This document shows positions 37,464 to 47,087 of a stretch of DNA of 50,253 nt, piece after piece. Position 1 is the stretch's first letter, and the number at the start of each line of letters is the position of its first letter. The stretch lies in NCBI GenBank assembly GCA_013286575.1, contig JABDFL010000005.1, positions 1 through 50,253 of the forward strand. The letters run 5' to 3'. The position numbers and the translations under genes are program-made. This DNA is from Candidatus Omnitrophota bacterium. Lineage in GTDB: Bacteria > Omnitrophota > Gorgyraeia > Zapsychrales > Fredricksoniimonadaceae. The notes under the pieces were generated by a model. The model searched no databases, had not been told where the DNA came from, and was given only the letters and a program-made list of their open reading frames with translations.

Positions 37464-38758
37464 AGAGAATATCTTTTTATACATTCGGCTGCCGTTTAAA
37501 CCAATCAGAAACAGCTTCTATCCAGAATTCTTTCCGGCAGGGTGGTTATCAGGTTGTGGGTTTTGATGAGCCCTCTGATATTGTGGTCATCAATACCTGT
37601 ACCGTGACCGAAGGGGGAGATGCTGACACGCGCCATTTGGTGCATAAGGTCAACCGGCAAAATCCCGCTGCCCGCATTGCCTTGGTCGGTTGCCAGGCGC
37701 AGGTACAAAAAGAGCAATTGGCTGATTTGCCGAATGTGCGTTGGATCGTTGGCAATGGCCGTAAAATGGATTTGGTGTCGGTATTTAATGAATATCCCAA
37801 GCCTGCGGTTGCGCAGCTCGTCACGCCCACCATCGAACGGGAGCCTTTTACGTCACCCATGGCTTCCATTGATCATGACCATACGCGGGCCAACATAAAA
37901 ATCCAGGACGGCTGCGATTTTTTCTGTTCATTTTGCGAAATCCCTTATGCCCGCGGCCGGGCCCGCAGCCGGGTGTTTGAAGATATTTTTACAGAAGCCA
38001 ATGCCCTTGTTGCTGCCGGCCATAAAGAATTGATTTTAACCGGTATTAATATCGGCACCTATTCTTATCAGGATAAAACGCTCATGGATGTCATCAAAGC
38101 CATGAATGCTCTTGAAGGCCTGGAGCGCTTGCGCATTTCATCGATTGAGCCGACAACCATTTCAACGGATATATTTAATTATATGAGCGCAGGCAATAAG
38201 CTTTGCCGTTATCTGCATATCCCTTTGCAAAGCGGGGATGATGAGATTTTGCAGGGGATGAAACGTAAATACACCCTCGATGAATTCAGCGATTTTGTCC
38301 GTCAGGCCCATTCCCAAGTGCCGCATATATGTATCGGTACGGATGTGATCGTGGGCTTTCCCGGTGAGACGGACGCGCATTTTGGGCGGACAGTCGATAT
38401 TTTAAGAGAATTACCCATCCATTATTTCCACGTTTTTAGTTATTCGCCCCGGCATGTGGCCAAAAGCCGTTTGATGGAAACCTTGCCTGCAGAAGTGATT
38501 TCAGAGCGCAGCCAAATCTTGCGTGACTTAAGTCAGCGTAAGCGCCGTATATTCCAGGAATCATTATTGGGAAGCGTGCAAACGGTTTTATTTGAAAATC
38601 CTAAAGGTGACGGATGGCAAAACGGCCTGACCGATAATTATGTGCGCGTCAAAGTTAAAGGATCACGTAATTTATTCAATCAAATTCTGCCTGTCCGTCT
38701 GGAACATATCGATGGCCAGCTTGTAGTGGGAAAGATAGCGGATTTAGGGAATGATTAA
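37460..38758 (+). CDS. mtaB: tRNA t6A37 methylthiotransferase MtaB
   Basis: TFGCRLNQSE, NTCTVT, radical-SAM KIQDGCDFFCSFC, SSIEP, GLTDNY. ATGA overlap at 37460. Confidence 0.9.
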   Translation: MKRISFYTFGCRLNQSETASIQNSFRQGGYQVVGFDEPSDIVVINTCTVTEGGDADTRHLVHKVNRQNPAARIALVGCQAQVQKEQLADLPNVRWIVGNGRKMDLVSVFNEYPKPAVAQLVTPTIEREPFTSPMASIDHDHTRANIKIQDGCDFFCSFCEIPYARGRARSRVFEDIFTEANALVAAGHKELILTGINIGTYSYQDKTLMDVIKAMNALEGLERLRISSIEPTTISTDIFNYMSAGNKLCRYLHIPLQSGDDEILQGMKRKYTLDEFSDFVRQAHSQVPHICIGTDVIVGFPGETDAHFGRTVDILRELPIHYFHVFSYSPRHVAKSRLMETLPAEVISERSQILRDLSQRKRRIFQESLLGSVQTVLFENPKGDGWQNGLTDNYVRVKVKGSRNLFNQILPVRLEHIDGQLVVGKIADLGND

Positions 38759-39014
38759 AAAAGCGCCTCGCGGTCCATATTGGGCATACATGGTGCAATG
38801 TCAATACGGCACCTATTATGCCGGCTGGACTAATGATTTAAAAAAGAGGATTGCGGCACACAACGAGGGGACAGGCGCTAAATACCTGCGAGGCAAGGGG
38901 CCGGTTAAACTGGTCTATAAAAGAAAATTCAACACCCTCAAAAAAGCACAGGCCCAAGAGAGATTGATCAAAAGCCTTACAAGGAAAAAGAAAGAAGCAT
39001 TGCTATATGAATAA
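38751..39014 (+). CDS. Small GIY-YIG nuclease (UPF0213/YhbQ-like)
   Basis: WAYMVQC..GTYYAGWT.D...R...HN.G.GAKY.RG..PV.LVY, E..IK. Confidence 0.9.
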   Translation: MIKKAPRGPYWAYMVQCQYGTYYAGWTNDLKKRIAAHNEGTGAKYLRGKGPVKLVYKRKFNTLKKAQAQERLIKSLTRKKKEALLYE

Positions 39015-40821
39015 ACGTCTGGAATGGCTTTTACTGCTTGCCCTGGCCGCAGGCGGTATTTTTTTATGGTACCGGCTTGCCTTGCCGCGTTATCAATCCA
39101 TTGACCTGTCCATCAGCCAGTCAAAAGCTGTTGATATTGCAAAAACATTTTTGAAGGCCCGGCGCGGGGTTGATATCCATCGGTATAGAATGGCGGTGTC
39201 CTTTGATGTGGATGAAAGCACCGACCGGTATTTGCAAAAAACCCTGGGTATTGCAGCTTCCCAGCAATTGGTCCGCCGCCTGCATTATGATTTGTTCTGT
39301 TGGGTGGTCCGTTTCTTTAAAGAAAAACAAAAGGAAGAGTTCAAGGTCGCTGTCAGCTCTGCCACGGGCGAGGTGGTTGGCTTTAGCCATCTCATTGAGG
39401 ATACGGCATTCCGGCCTTTGGTCGATAAAGAAAAAGCCCGCGCATTTGCTTTTAACTTTTTGAAAACCACCTTTGCCTTTGATCCCGCCCGATTTATTAT
39501 TCACGGTGAGGATGTCAAAAAATATGATAATCGCCTGGAATATGTTTTTAGCTGGCAGGACAAGGATGTCGATATTCCCTGGAATAAAAGTAAAGAAAAA
39601 GGCCGCGCCAAGCTCCTGACGGATGTTACCGTGTCCGGCAATGAGGTCCTTGCTTTTGATAAATCTCAATTTGAAATCCCCGACGGTTTTAACCGCTATG
39701 TGGACAACCTTAAACAGACCGGCCAAAACCTGACCCTGATATTCCGCATTCTTTATTTAGCGCTTTTGACCATAGCCATCGTGGTCGTTGTCAACCGCAA
39801 ACACCAGGTGGTGGCCCGCAGCGTAAAACCGTTTTATGTCGCCATTGGGACGGGTATTTTTGTTTTGATGGCGCTGGATGTGTTAAACAGTTATCAGAAC
39901 CTCTTGTTTGACTATCAAACCACCCAGTCGCTGGGGGATTATATGGTCAGGCAATTTATTGAGAATATCATCGGGCCGTTTTTCATCGCGGTTGCTTTTG
40001 CCTTGCCGGCCCTGGCAGGGGAGTCGTTGCGTTTTGAAGCCGCTCCCCAGAAAAAAGACAGGGCTTTTTTAAGTACGCTTTTATCTTCTTTTTGCTCTAT
40101 CAGCATAGCCCGCCAGATTTTTGTCGGATATATGGCGGCGGCAGTGATTTTAGGGGCACAGGCATTTATCTATGATCTGGGTTTTAAATACTGCGGGGTT
40201 TGGGATGAATTGTCATGGCTGACACAGGCCTCCACAAGCCTGTTCCCCGCATTTACAGCCCTGGCCATCGGCTTTCAGGCTTCTTTTTCAGAAGAAGCGA
40301 TGTTCCGTTTATTCGCCATTAATTTGTTTAAGAAATACGGCGTTCCAACCATTATCGCCGTATTTTTGAGTGCCGCGATGTGGGGCTTTGGCCATACAGG
40401 CTATGAGATTTTCCCTATGTGGTTTAGGGGTGTGGAAGTCACCAGTATCGGGATTGTCATGGGGATCTTTTATTTACGTTTTGGTTTTATGTGCGTGATT
40501 GCCGCCCATTTTTTGATCGATTCATTTTTGTCCGGCCTGCCGTATCTATTAAATCCGCGCGCCTCTTTTGATTTTTATTCCTCGTTGGCCGTGATCACCT
40601 TGCCCCTATTATTGGCCTTGATCGCTTTAATTTTTAATAGAAATACCCCGGAGAAACCTTTAAGCATACGCTTTAATCCCCAACAGCAGTTTAATTATAA
40701 ATTACTGCAGGAATTGTGTGCTTCTAAAACTTCCGGGGAATTGATTGCTTTGAAAAAAGACCTCCAGCGCCACGGTTGGGACGCGGCCATCATTGAACGT
40801 GTTTTTGAAAATAAGAATTAG
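39007..40821 (+). CDS. CPBP-family intramembrane glutamic protease with a large N-terminal extracytoplasmic region
   Basis: EEAMFR, WGFGH and AHFLID motifs in a multi-TM C-terminal half. Confidence 0.85.
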   Translation: MNKRLEWLLLLALAAGGIFLWYRLALPRYQSIDLSISQSKAVDIAKTFLKARRGVDIHRYRMAVSFDVDESTDRYLQKTLGIAASQQLVRRLHYDLFCWVVRFFKEKQKEEFKVAVSSATGEVVGFSHLIEDTAFRPLVDKEKARAFAFNFLKTTFAFDPARFIIHGEDVKKYDNRLEYVFSWQDKDVDIPWNKSKEKGRAKLLTDVTVSGNEVLAFDKSQFEIPDGFNRYVDNLKQTGQNLTLIFRILYLALLTIAIVVVVNRKHQVVARSVKPFYVAIGTGIFVLMALDVLNSYQNLLFDYQTTQSLGDYMVRQFIENIIGPFFIAVAFALPALAGESLRFEAAPQKKDRAFLSTLLSSFCSISIARQIFVGYMAAAVILGAQAFIYDLGFKYCGVWDELSWLTQASTSLFPAFTALAIGFQASFSEEAMFRLFAINLFKKYGVPTIIAVFLSAAMWGFGHTGYEIFPMWFRGVEVTSIGIVMGIFYLRFGFMCVIAAHFLIDSFLSGLPYLLNPRASFDFYSSLAVITLPLLLALIALIFNRNTPEKPLSIRFNPQQQFNYKLLQELCASKTSGELIALKKDLQRHGWDAAIIERVFENKN

Positions 40822-40823
40822 GC

Positions 40824-40913
40824 TTGCCGCTTGAGGGGTGAGGGGTATAATTACCGGATGTCCTGATATATCTAAAAGAGTTTCTTTACAGACCTTGGGT
40901 TATCTGGTATAAA
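40824..40913 (+). promoter_or_regulatory. Tandem sigma70-like promoters upstream of tRNA-Lys
   Basis: TTGCCG-N16-TATAAT (40824-40851) and TTTACA-N17-TATAAA (40885-40913). Confidence 0.5.
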
Positions 40914-40938
40914 AGATTCCACTTTTGGATTTATCAAA

Positions 40939-41014
40939 GGGCCTTTAGCTCATCCGGTAGAGCATCTGACTCTTAATCAGAGGGTGGCTGGTTCGAGTCC
41001 AGCAAGGCCCACCA
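40939..41014 (+). tRNA. tRNA-Lys (anticodon CTT)
   Basis: Acceptor stem GGGCCTT/AAGGCCC, anticodon arm TCTGA-CTCTTAA-TCAGA, T-loop GTTCGAGTC, encoded CCA; 76 nt. Confidence 0.97.
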
Positions 41015-41038
41015 TTTTTAAAGTAATTTTTAAATTTC

Positions 41039-41860
41039 ATGCCCTCTAAAACCATAGATATCGAGTCTCTCAAAAAGAAAGCCGTGATTTTCCGTCGGGA
41101 TATTTTAGAGACCCTGGAAGCTTCCGGTTCCGGCCATCCGGGTGGTTCCCTTTCCGCCGTTGAAATCTTCCTCACACTGTACGGTTATCAAATCAATCAT
41201 AAGCCGGATGATCCGCGTTGGGAAGGCCGTGACCGCGTGATTGTTTCCAAGGGGCACGTTTCTCCGGTGGTTTATGTGACGCTGGCGAATTTTGGCTATT
41301 TCCCCAAGGAAGAATTAAAAACATTCCGTAAGTTTGGCGCAAGGCTGCAGGGCCATGTGCACACCAAGGTCCCGGGAGTGGAATTTAGCACGGGGTCACT
41401 CGGCCATGGCTTGTCTTTTGCTAATGGCATTGCCTTGGGTGCCCGGATGGCGGCCAAGGATTTTAAAGTTTATTGTGTGATGGGGGACGGAGAGATCCAG
41501 GAAGGCTCGGTCTGGGAAGCGGCCATGACTGCAGCCCATCATAAACTGGACCATGTCTGTGCCATCATCGACTGTAATAAGGTGCAGGAAAACGGGACTA
41601 CCAATGAAATCAAGAGTTTGGAGCCGTTACGGGACAAGTGGGCTGCTTTTGGCTGGCATGTTCTTGAAATTGACGGAAATAGCATTGAAGCTTTGAAGGT
41701 GGCGTTTGATGAATTTAATAGCATTAAGGGCAAGCCCACGGTGATCATTGCCAATACCATTAAAGGCAAAGGTGTTTCTTTTATGGAAGGTAAAAGCGCC
41801 TGGCATGGCAAGGCGCCGAATAAAGAGCAATTGGTCCAGGCCTTGGCGGAATTAAAATAA
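41039..41860 (+). CDS. Transketolase, N-terminal subunit
   Basis: SGHPGGSLS, SKGH, LQGH, TGSLGHG, GDGEIQEGSVWEA. Confidence 0.95.
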   Translation: MPSKTIDIESLKKKAVIFRRDILETLEASGSGHPGGSLSAVEIFLTLYGYQINHKPDDPRWEGRDRVIVSKGHVSPVVYVTLANFGYFPKEELKTFRKFGARLQGHVHTKVPGVEFSTGSLGHGLSFANGIALGARMAAKDFKVYCVMGDGEIQEGSVWEAAMTAAHHKLDHVCAIIDCNKVQENGTTNEIKSLEPLRDKWAAFGWHVLEIDGNSIEALKVAFDEFNSIKGKPTVIIANTIKGKGVSFMEGKSAWHGKAPNKEQLVQALAELK

Positions 41861-42808
41861 ATGGAAATTAAACCTACCCCCACAAGAGACGGATTCGGCG
41901 AAGAGTTGGCGGCTTTAGGAAAAACCAATCCTAATATCGTAGTGACTTCCGGGGACCTGGAAGATGCTACCCGTGCGGAATATTTTAAAAAAGAATTTCC
42001 TGAGCGGTTTTTTAATTTAGGCATCACGGAGCAGGATGTGGTGGGTACAGCCGCAGGCTTGAGCACCATGGGCTATGTGGCTTTTGCCACTTCATTTGCG
42101 GTATTCCTGACCAACCGTGCTTATGACATGATCCGCATGGATGTCTGTTACAATAATTTGAATGTGAAGGTCGTTTGTTCCCATGGCGGGGTCACTGTCG
42201 GTGAAGACGGGGCCAGTGCCCAATGTTTGGAAGATTTTGCCATCATGCGCGTGCTTCCTAATATGAGGGTCATCTGTCCTTGTGATTATATTGAAGCTAA
42301 AAAAGCCACGCGTGCCATTACTAAGACCTTTGGCCCTTTTTATATGCGCACTTCCAGAGCGCCGCTTCCCATTTTGACTAAGGAAGCTGATCATTTTGTG
42401 ATCGGCCGTGCCAATGTCATGCGTAACGGTAAAGATGCTACGGTCATTGCCTGCGGCGTCATGGTCTCTGAGGCTTTGTCAGCAGCTGAAAAGTTAAAGC
42501 ATGAGGGCATTGACTTAAAGGTCGTGAATATGCACACCATCAAGCCTATTGATGTCCCAATGATCGTCAGCTCTGCCAAGGAAACCGGTGCTGTTGTTAC
42601 GGCGGAAGAGCATCAGACGGCGGGAGGCTTGGGTTCTGCGGTGGCTGAAGTATTGGGGCAGCATTTTCCATGTCCCATGGAAATGGTAGGGGTCAAAGAT
42701 TCTTTTGGAGAAAGCGGCAGCCCTGCCCAGTTATTGGCGCATTACGGGCTTAAAGATATCAATATTGCCGATGCTGTCAGAAAAGTGATCACTCGAAAAA
42801 AGGGATAA
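41861..42808 (+). CDS. Transketolase, C-terminal subunit
   Basis: FPERFFNLGITEQ, GEDGASAQ, HTIKPID, EEHQ..GGLGS. Confidence 0.95.
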   Translation: MEIKPTPTRDGFGEELAALGKTNPNIVVTSGDLEDATRAEYFKKEFPERFFNLGITEQDVVGTAAGLSTMGYVAFATSFAVFLTNRAYDMIRMDVCYNNLNVKVVCSHGGVTVGEDGASAQCLEDFAIMRVLPNMRVICPCDYIEAKKATRAITKTFGPFYMRTSRAPLPILTKEADHFVIGRANVMRNGKDATVIACGVMVSEALSAAEKLKHEGIDLKVVNMHTIKPIDVPMIVSSAKETGAVVTAEEHQTAGGLGSAVAEVLGQHFPCPMEMVGVKDSFGESGSPAQLLAHYGLKDINIADAVRKVITRKKG

Positions 42809-42809
42809 T

Positions 42810-43898
42810 ATGACAAAATTACACGACATAGCTAAGCTTGGCCAGAGTTTATGGATTGATAATATCAGCCGTTCAATGATCACCGGTGGTAAGCTTAAAT
42901 CATTGATCGATCAGGGTTTGCGCGGGCAAACATCCAACCCCACCATTTTTAAACAGGCCATCAGCACAAGCACAGATTACGATGCCAGGATCCAGCAATT
43001 GGCAGAAAGCGGAAAATCCACTTTTGAAATTTACGATGAATTGACCATCAAGGATGTCCAGGACGCGGCAGATCTTTTCCGGGGCGTTTATGACAGTACC
43101 AAAGGCCTAGATGGTTATGTCAGCCTGGAAATCAATCCCAAATTAGGCAATGAACTTGATGCGCAGCTCAAAGAAGGCATGCGTTTATGGCAAAAGCTTA
43201 ACCGTCCTAATGTGATGATTAAGGTGCCGGCCACCAAAAATGGCCTGGGTGTGGTGGAAGCCCTGATTTCCCAAGGCATCAATGTCAATGTTACCCTGAT
43301 TTTTTCTGCGGAGCAGTATCAACAGGTGGTTTGGTCGTATCTTAAGGGTTTGAGCCATCTGGCCCAGGGCGGTGGAGATATTAAAAAGGTCCATTCAGTG
43401 GCCTCCATTTTTGTCAGCCGTATTGATACCAGCATTGACAAAAAACTTGAAGAGAAGTCGGTTTTAAGGGGGAAAGCAGCTGTGGCTAACTGTGAAATCG
43501 TTTACCACAAATTCCAGAATAGTTTTAGCGGCGGTGAATTCAAGGCGTTAAAGCTTAAAGGGGCCAATGTGCAGCGTGTTTTATGGGCCTCCACCGGGAC
43601 CAAGGACCCTCAATATAGCGATATTAAATATATTACGGAATTAATAGCGGCAGACACAGTCAATACCGTGCCTGATAAAACGCTGGAAGCGGTGTTAGAC
43701 CATGGTGTTGCAAAGACCGCCATGCCGGGCAGCGTGGCAGAAGCCCAGAAGACGATCGAGCAGCTGCGCCTCCTGGGTATTGATGTCGGGATGGTATGTA
43801 ATCAGTTATTGGAAGAGGGTTTGGCGTCATTTGAGAAATCTTTTGAAGAATTGACGACGAGTATTGAAGAGAAAACCAGGCGATTATGCGCCAAATGA
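42810..43898 (+). CDS. tal: Transaldolase (large type)
   Basis: GQSLWIDNISR, TSNPTIF, VMIKVPAT, NVTLIFS, ASIFVSRID, LWASTGTK. Confidence 0.95.
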   Translation: MTKLHDIAKLGQSLWIDNISRSMITGGKLKSLIDQGLRGQTSNPTIFKQAISTSTDYDARIQQLAESGKSTFEIYDELTIKDVQDAADLFRGVYDSTKGLDGYVSLEINPKLGNELDAQLKEGMRLWQKLNRPNVMIKVPATKNGLGVVEALISQGINVNVTLIFSAEQYQQVVWSYLKGLSHLAQGGGDIKKVHSVASIFVSRIDTSIDKKLEEKSVLRGKAAVANCEIVYHKFQNSFSGGEFKALKLKGANVQRVLWASTGTKDPQYSDIKYITELIAADTVNTVPDKTLEAVLDHGVAKTAMPGSVAEAQKTIEQLRLLGIDVGMVCNQLLEEGLASFEKSFEELTTSIEEKTRRLCAK

Positions 43899-44034
43899 AA
43901 AATTAGAAGATTTTAATTGGAATATTTTAATAATCTGCTACAGTATATGCAGGATTAGAAGAAACTAATCTTAAGATTTAAGAACTATTAACAACGGTAA
44001 GAGTCATTCTTATCACAATCAAGGAGGAGAAGTC

Positions 44035-44199
44035 ATGAACAAGAAATTAGTATTAGTTGCCGCTCTGGTTTTTGGTGTTGCAGGTTTGATGTTAGCTAAC
44101 ACAGTGAAAGCTCAAGATGCGACCAACACAGACAACAGCGATAATTCAGCGATGAATGCCGATAATTCTGCAGCTCCTGCAGCTCCAGCGGCTCAATAA
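44035..44199 (+). CDS. 54-aa secreted peptide (not in ORF track)
   Basis: Manual translation MNKKLVLVAALVFGVAGLMLANTVKA|QDATNTDNSDNSAMNADNSAAPAAPAAQ*; RBS AAGGAGG; own terminator. Confidence 0.8.
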   Translation: MNKKLVLVAALVFGVAGLMLANTVKAQDATNTDNSDNSAMNADNSAAPAAPAAQ

Positions 44200-44227
44200 T
44201 TCTCGCTAAGAGAATATTGAACATCAC

Positions 44228-44265
44228 AATAACCCCGTATTCTAAAAAATACGGGGTTATTTTTT
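44228..44265 (+). terminator. Intrinsic terminator after the peptide gene
   Basis: AATAACCCCGTATT-CTAAAA-AATACGGGGTTATT followed by TTTT. Confidence 0.85.
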
Positions 44266-44311
44266 GCGATTTCGCTGGCGGCTTGGCTTTCTATATATTA
44301 CACTATGGATA

Positions 44312-45790
44312 ATGGATTCTTGGAGAGGGATAACATCTTTAACTTATAGTCAGATCAAGGATTTACAGAACCAACGGCTGCATTCTTTTATCAATACCCA
44401 CGTCTATCCTTTTAGCCCCTATTACACCAAGCTTTTTGATGAGAAGAAAATTAATCCCCGGCATATCCGTACCAGGGAAGATTTAAAACGCATTCCTTAT
44501 ATTTCCAAATCCGATTTGATAGGCAAGGACAATCCGCAAAAATTCAAGGATTTCATCCTGCAGCCTGATAAAGAAAAGATCAGCCGGTATTGGCCCAAAT
44601 CACGTATTTTGGCGCGAGCGCTAAAATCCATGCTCTTAGGCCATCACCTGCAGGAGGATCTAGCCAAAGAGTTCCGTCCGGTGTTTATGACCTTTACCAC
44701 GGGAACGACCAATGCACCGGTGCCTTTTATGTATAGCCGTTATGATTTGGATAATTTGAATGTTTCGGGGGCCCGCATGGTCGGGCTTTTTGACATTAAG
44801 GGGGATGAGAGGATCATGAACCTTTTTCCCTTTGCCCCGCACCTGGCTTTTTGGCAGGTTTTTTTTGGCGCTATCGAGGCGGACCTTTTTGCGCTTTCCA
44901 CCGGCGGCGGCAAGGTCATGGGCACCGAAGGTAATTTAACGGCTTTGTTGAGGATCAAGCCTTCAGCCATTCTGGGTGTGCCAAGCTATATTTATCATCT
45001 GGTCCGTTACGCCCAGGAAAAAGGGCATGACCTTTCTTTTTTAAAGAAAATCGTCCTGGGGGCGGCCAAGGTCACCAGTGCCTATAAACAAAAATTATCA
45101 GAGATGTTGAGCGCCCAGGGGGCCAAAAATGTTTATATTTTCGGCACCTATGGATTTACCGAGGCGCGCACTGCCTGGGCCGAGTGTCCGGCGGAAAATC
45201 ATTTATCCAGCGGCTACCATCTTTATCCGGACAAGGAGATCTTTGAGATCATTGACCCTGAGACCGGCGAAGTCAAAGATGACGGCGCGGACGGTGAGTT
45301 GGTTTATACGAGCCTGGATTCACGGACAAGTGTGATGCTGCGTTACCGGACAGGTGACTTTGTTAAAGGCGGCATTACCCACGGGCCCTGCCCTTATTGC
45401 GGGCGCCAGACCCTGCGTTTGTCCTCAAACATTACGCGTTTGTCTGATAATAAAGATATACAGCTTTCCAAGGTCAAAGGGACCCTGGTCAATTTAAGCC
45501 ATTTTGCCGAGGTGCTCAGCGGCATCCCTCAAATCAATGAGTGGCAGTTGGAAATCCGCAAACATAAAAATGACCCTTATGAAGTTGATGAGATGGTGGT
45601 CTATGTCACGCCTCAGCCGGAAGTTAACCAAAGCGCCCTTTCTCAATTGATCAAGGATAAATTGACCGGCGCCACGGAAGTTTCACCCAATGAGATCAAG
45701 TTCATCCCCCTGGATGAAATGGTCAAGCGCCTTGAATTGGAAACAGCGAATAAGGAAAAGCGGATATTAGACAGCAGGCCAAAGGCTTAA
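44312..45790 (+). CDS. Phenylacetate-CoA-ligase-like adenylate-forming enzyme
   Basis: FTTGTT P-loop, YGFTE, GELVYTSL, LRYRTGD, KVKGTLV. Start placed at ATG 44312. Confidence 0.85.
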   Translation: MDSWRGITSLTYSQIKDLQNQRLHSFINTHVYPFSPYYTKLFDEKKINPRHIRTREDLKRIPYISKSDLIGKDNPQKFKDFILQPDKEKISRYWPKSRILARALKSMLLGHHLQEDLAKEFRPVFMTFTTGTTNAPVPFMYSRYDLDNLNVSGARMVGLFDIKGDERIMNLFPFAPHLAFWQVFFGAIEADLFALSTGGGKVMGTEGNLTALLRIKPSAILGVPSYIYHLVRYAQEKGHDLSFLKKIVLGAAKVTSAYKQKLSEMLSAQGAKNVYIFGTYGFTEARTAWAECPAENHLSSGYHLYPDKEIFEIIDPETGEVKDDGADGELVYTSLDSRTSVMLRYRTGDFVKGGITHGPCPYCGRQTLRLSSNITRLSDNKDIQLSKVKGTLVNLSHFAEVLSGIPQINEWQLEIRKHKNDPYEVDEMVVYVTPQPEVNQSALSQLIKDKLTGATEVSPNEIKFIPLDEMVKRLELETANKEKRILDSRPKA

Positions 45791-45806
45791 CAAAGGAAGG
45801 AAGAAT

Positions 45807-47084
45807 ATGGAAAGAATAGCGATAGTCGACGGTATACGCACCCCGTTTTCAAAAATGGGGGCGAATTTCAATTATTTGAGCGCCCAGGAATTAGGGCGTA
45901 TTGCCGCGCGTGAATTGATTGAGCGCATGAGCTTGGATGTTAAGCTCATTGATGAGGTGATTTTCGGGTGCGTTGGCCAACCAGCGGACGCGGCCAATAT
46001 TGCCCGCGTCATTGCTCTTCTTGCCGGTGTTCCTAAAACCACACCTGCTTTTACCGTGCATCGCAATTGCGCTTCGGGCATTGAAGCAGTGGCCCAGGCC
46101 GCCATCAAGATCAGGGCAGGGGAAGGTGTCTGCTATTTGACCGGCGGTACTGAATCTATGAGCAATATCCCGTTTTTTCTTTCCAAAGAGTATCAGGAGA
46201 TCCTCACTGAAATTTCGCGCGCGAAGACCCTGCCGGCCAAATTGCAGGGCTTTGCCAAAATACGGCCGCATCATTTTTTGATGCCGAAGATCGGGTTGCA
46301 GTTGGGCTTGACCGACCCTGTCTGCGGCCTGAACATGGGGCAGACAGCTGAAGTATTGGTCAAGGAATTTGGTATCACCCGCCGTGAACAGGATGAATTT
46401 TCTTTAGCCAGCCATCAGAAAGCCATTGCCGCGCGGGCGATTCTTCGAGAGGAAATCGTTCCTGTAATTCCGGGCCCAAAATATAAAGAAGCGGTGTTGG
46501 ATGATAACGGCCCGCGCGAAGGCCAGACGATCGAAGCCTTGGCCAAATTAAAACCTTTTTTTGAAAAAGGCACGGGGACTGTGACTGCGGGAAATTCCAG
46601 CCAGATCACAGACGGTGCTTGTGCGATTTTAGTGATGGGCGAATCACGCGCCAAGGAATTAGGCTTGAAACCTTTGGGGTACCTGCGTAGTTTTGCCTTT
46701 GTGGGAGTTGAACCTAACCGCATGGGCATCGGCCCGGCGCATGCCATACCCCTGGCGTTAAAGAAGGCAGGCATGAAATTCTCCGATATGCAGGCTTTTG
46801 AGATCAACGAAGCTTTTGCCGCACAGGCTTTGGCTTGCGTGCGCGCCTTAGCATCAGATAAATTCACCAAAGACTTCGGTTACGAAGGTTATACCGGTGC
46901 CATTGATCCGGCGAAGTTAAATGTCCATGGCGGGGCCATTGCCCTGGGCCATCCGGTTGGTGTTACAGGAGCAAGGATCATATTAACCATGCTCAAACAT
47001 TTAAACCGCGCCAATCTCAATGTCGGCATCGTGTCTTTATGTATCGGCGGCGGCCAGGGGGCTGCAGTAGTTTTAGAGAGATAG
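45807..47084 (+). CDS. Acetyl-CoA C-acyltransferase (FadI/FadA-type thiolase)
   Basis: RNCASG, NEAFAAQ, GHPVG, CIGGGQG. Confidence 0.95.
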   Translation: MERIAIVDGIRTPFSKMGANFNYLSAQELGRIAARELIERMSLDVKLIDEVIFGCVGQPADAANIARVIALLAGVPKTTPAFTVHRNCASGIEAVAQAAIKIRAGEGVCYLTGGTESMSNIPFFLSKEYQEILTEISRAKTLPAKLQGFAKIRPHHFLMPKIGLQLGLTDPVCGLNMGQTAEVLVKEFGITRREQDEFSLASHQKAIAARAILREEIVPVIPGPKYKEAVLDDNGPREGQTIEALAKLKPFFEKGTGTVTAGNSSQITDGACAILVMGESRAKELGLKPLGYLRSFAFVGVEPNRMGIGPAHAIPLALKKAGMKFSDMQAFEINEAFAAQALACVRALASDKFTKDFGYEGYTGAIDPAKLNVHGGAIALGHPVGVTGARIILTMLKHLNRANLNVGIVSLCIGGGQGAAVVLER

Positions 47085-47087
47085 CGT

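Noticed and set aside
38751-39014. GIY-YIG gene as a homing endonuclease / mobile element
   Set aside because: It is 87 aa, a stand-alone UPF0213-type protein with no DNA-binding extension, intron or flanking repeats, and it overlaps both neighbours like an operon member.
40939-41039. tRNA-Lys as an integration site for a mobile element
   Set aside because: There is no integrase and I saw no duplicate of the tRNA 3' end; transketolase starts 24 bp downstream.
40945-41175. 76-aa minus-strand ORF ending GGPCWTRTSHPLIKSQMLYRMS
   Set aside because: It is the antisense reading of tRNA-Lys and the start of transketolase, a classic spurious ORF.
44035-45790. Secreted peptide plus adenylating enzyme as a RiPP cluster
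   Set aside because: A strong terminator separates them, the peptide has a Sec signal rather than a RiPP leader, and the ligase groups with thiolase and FadJ.
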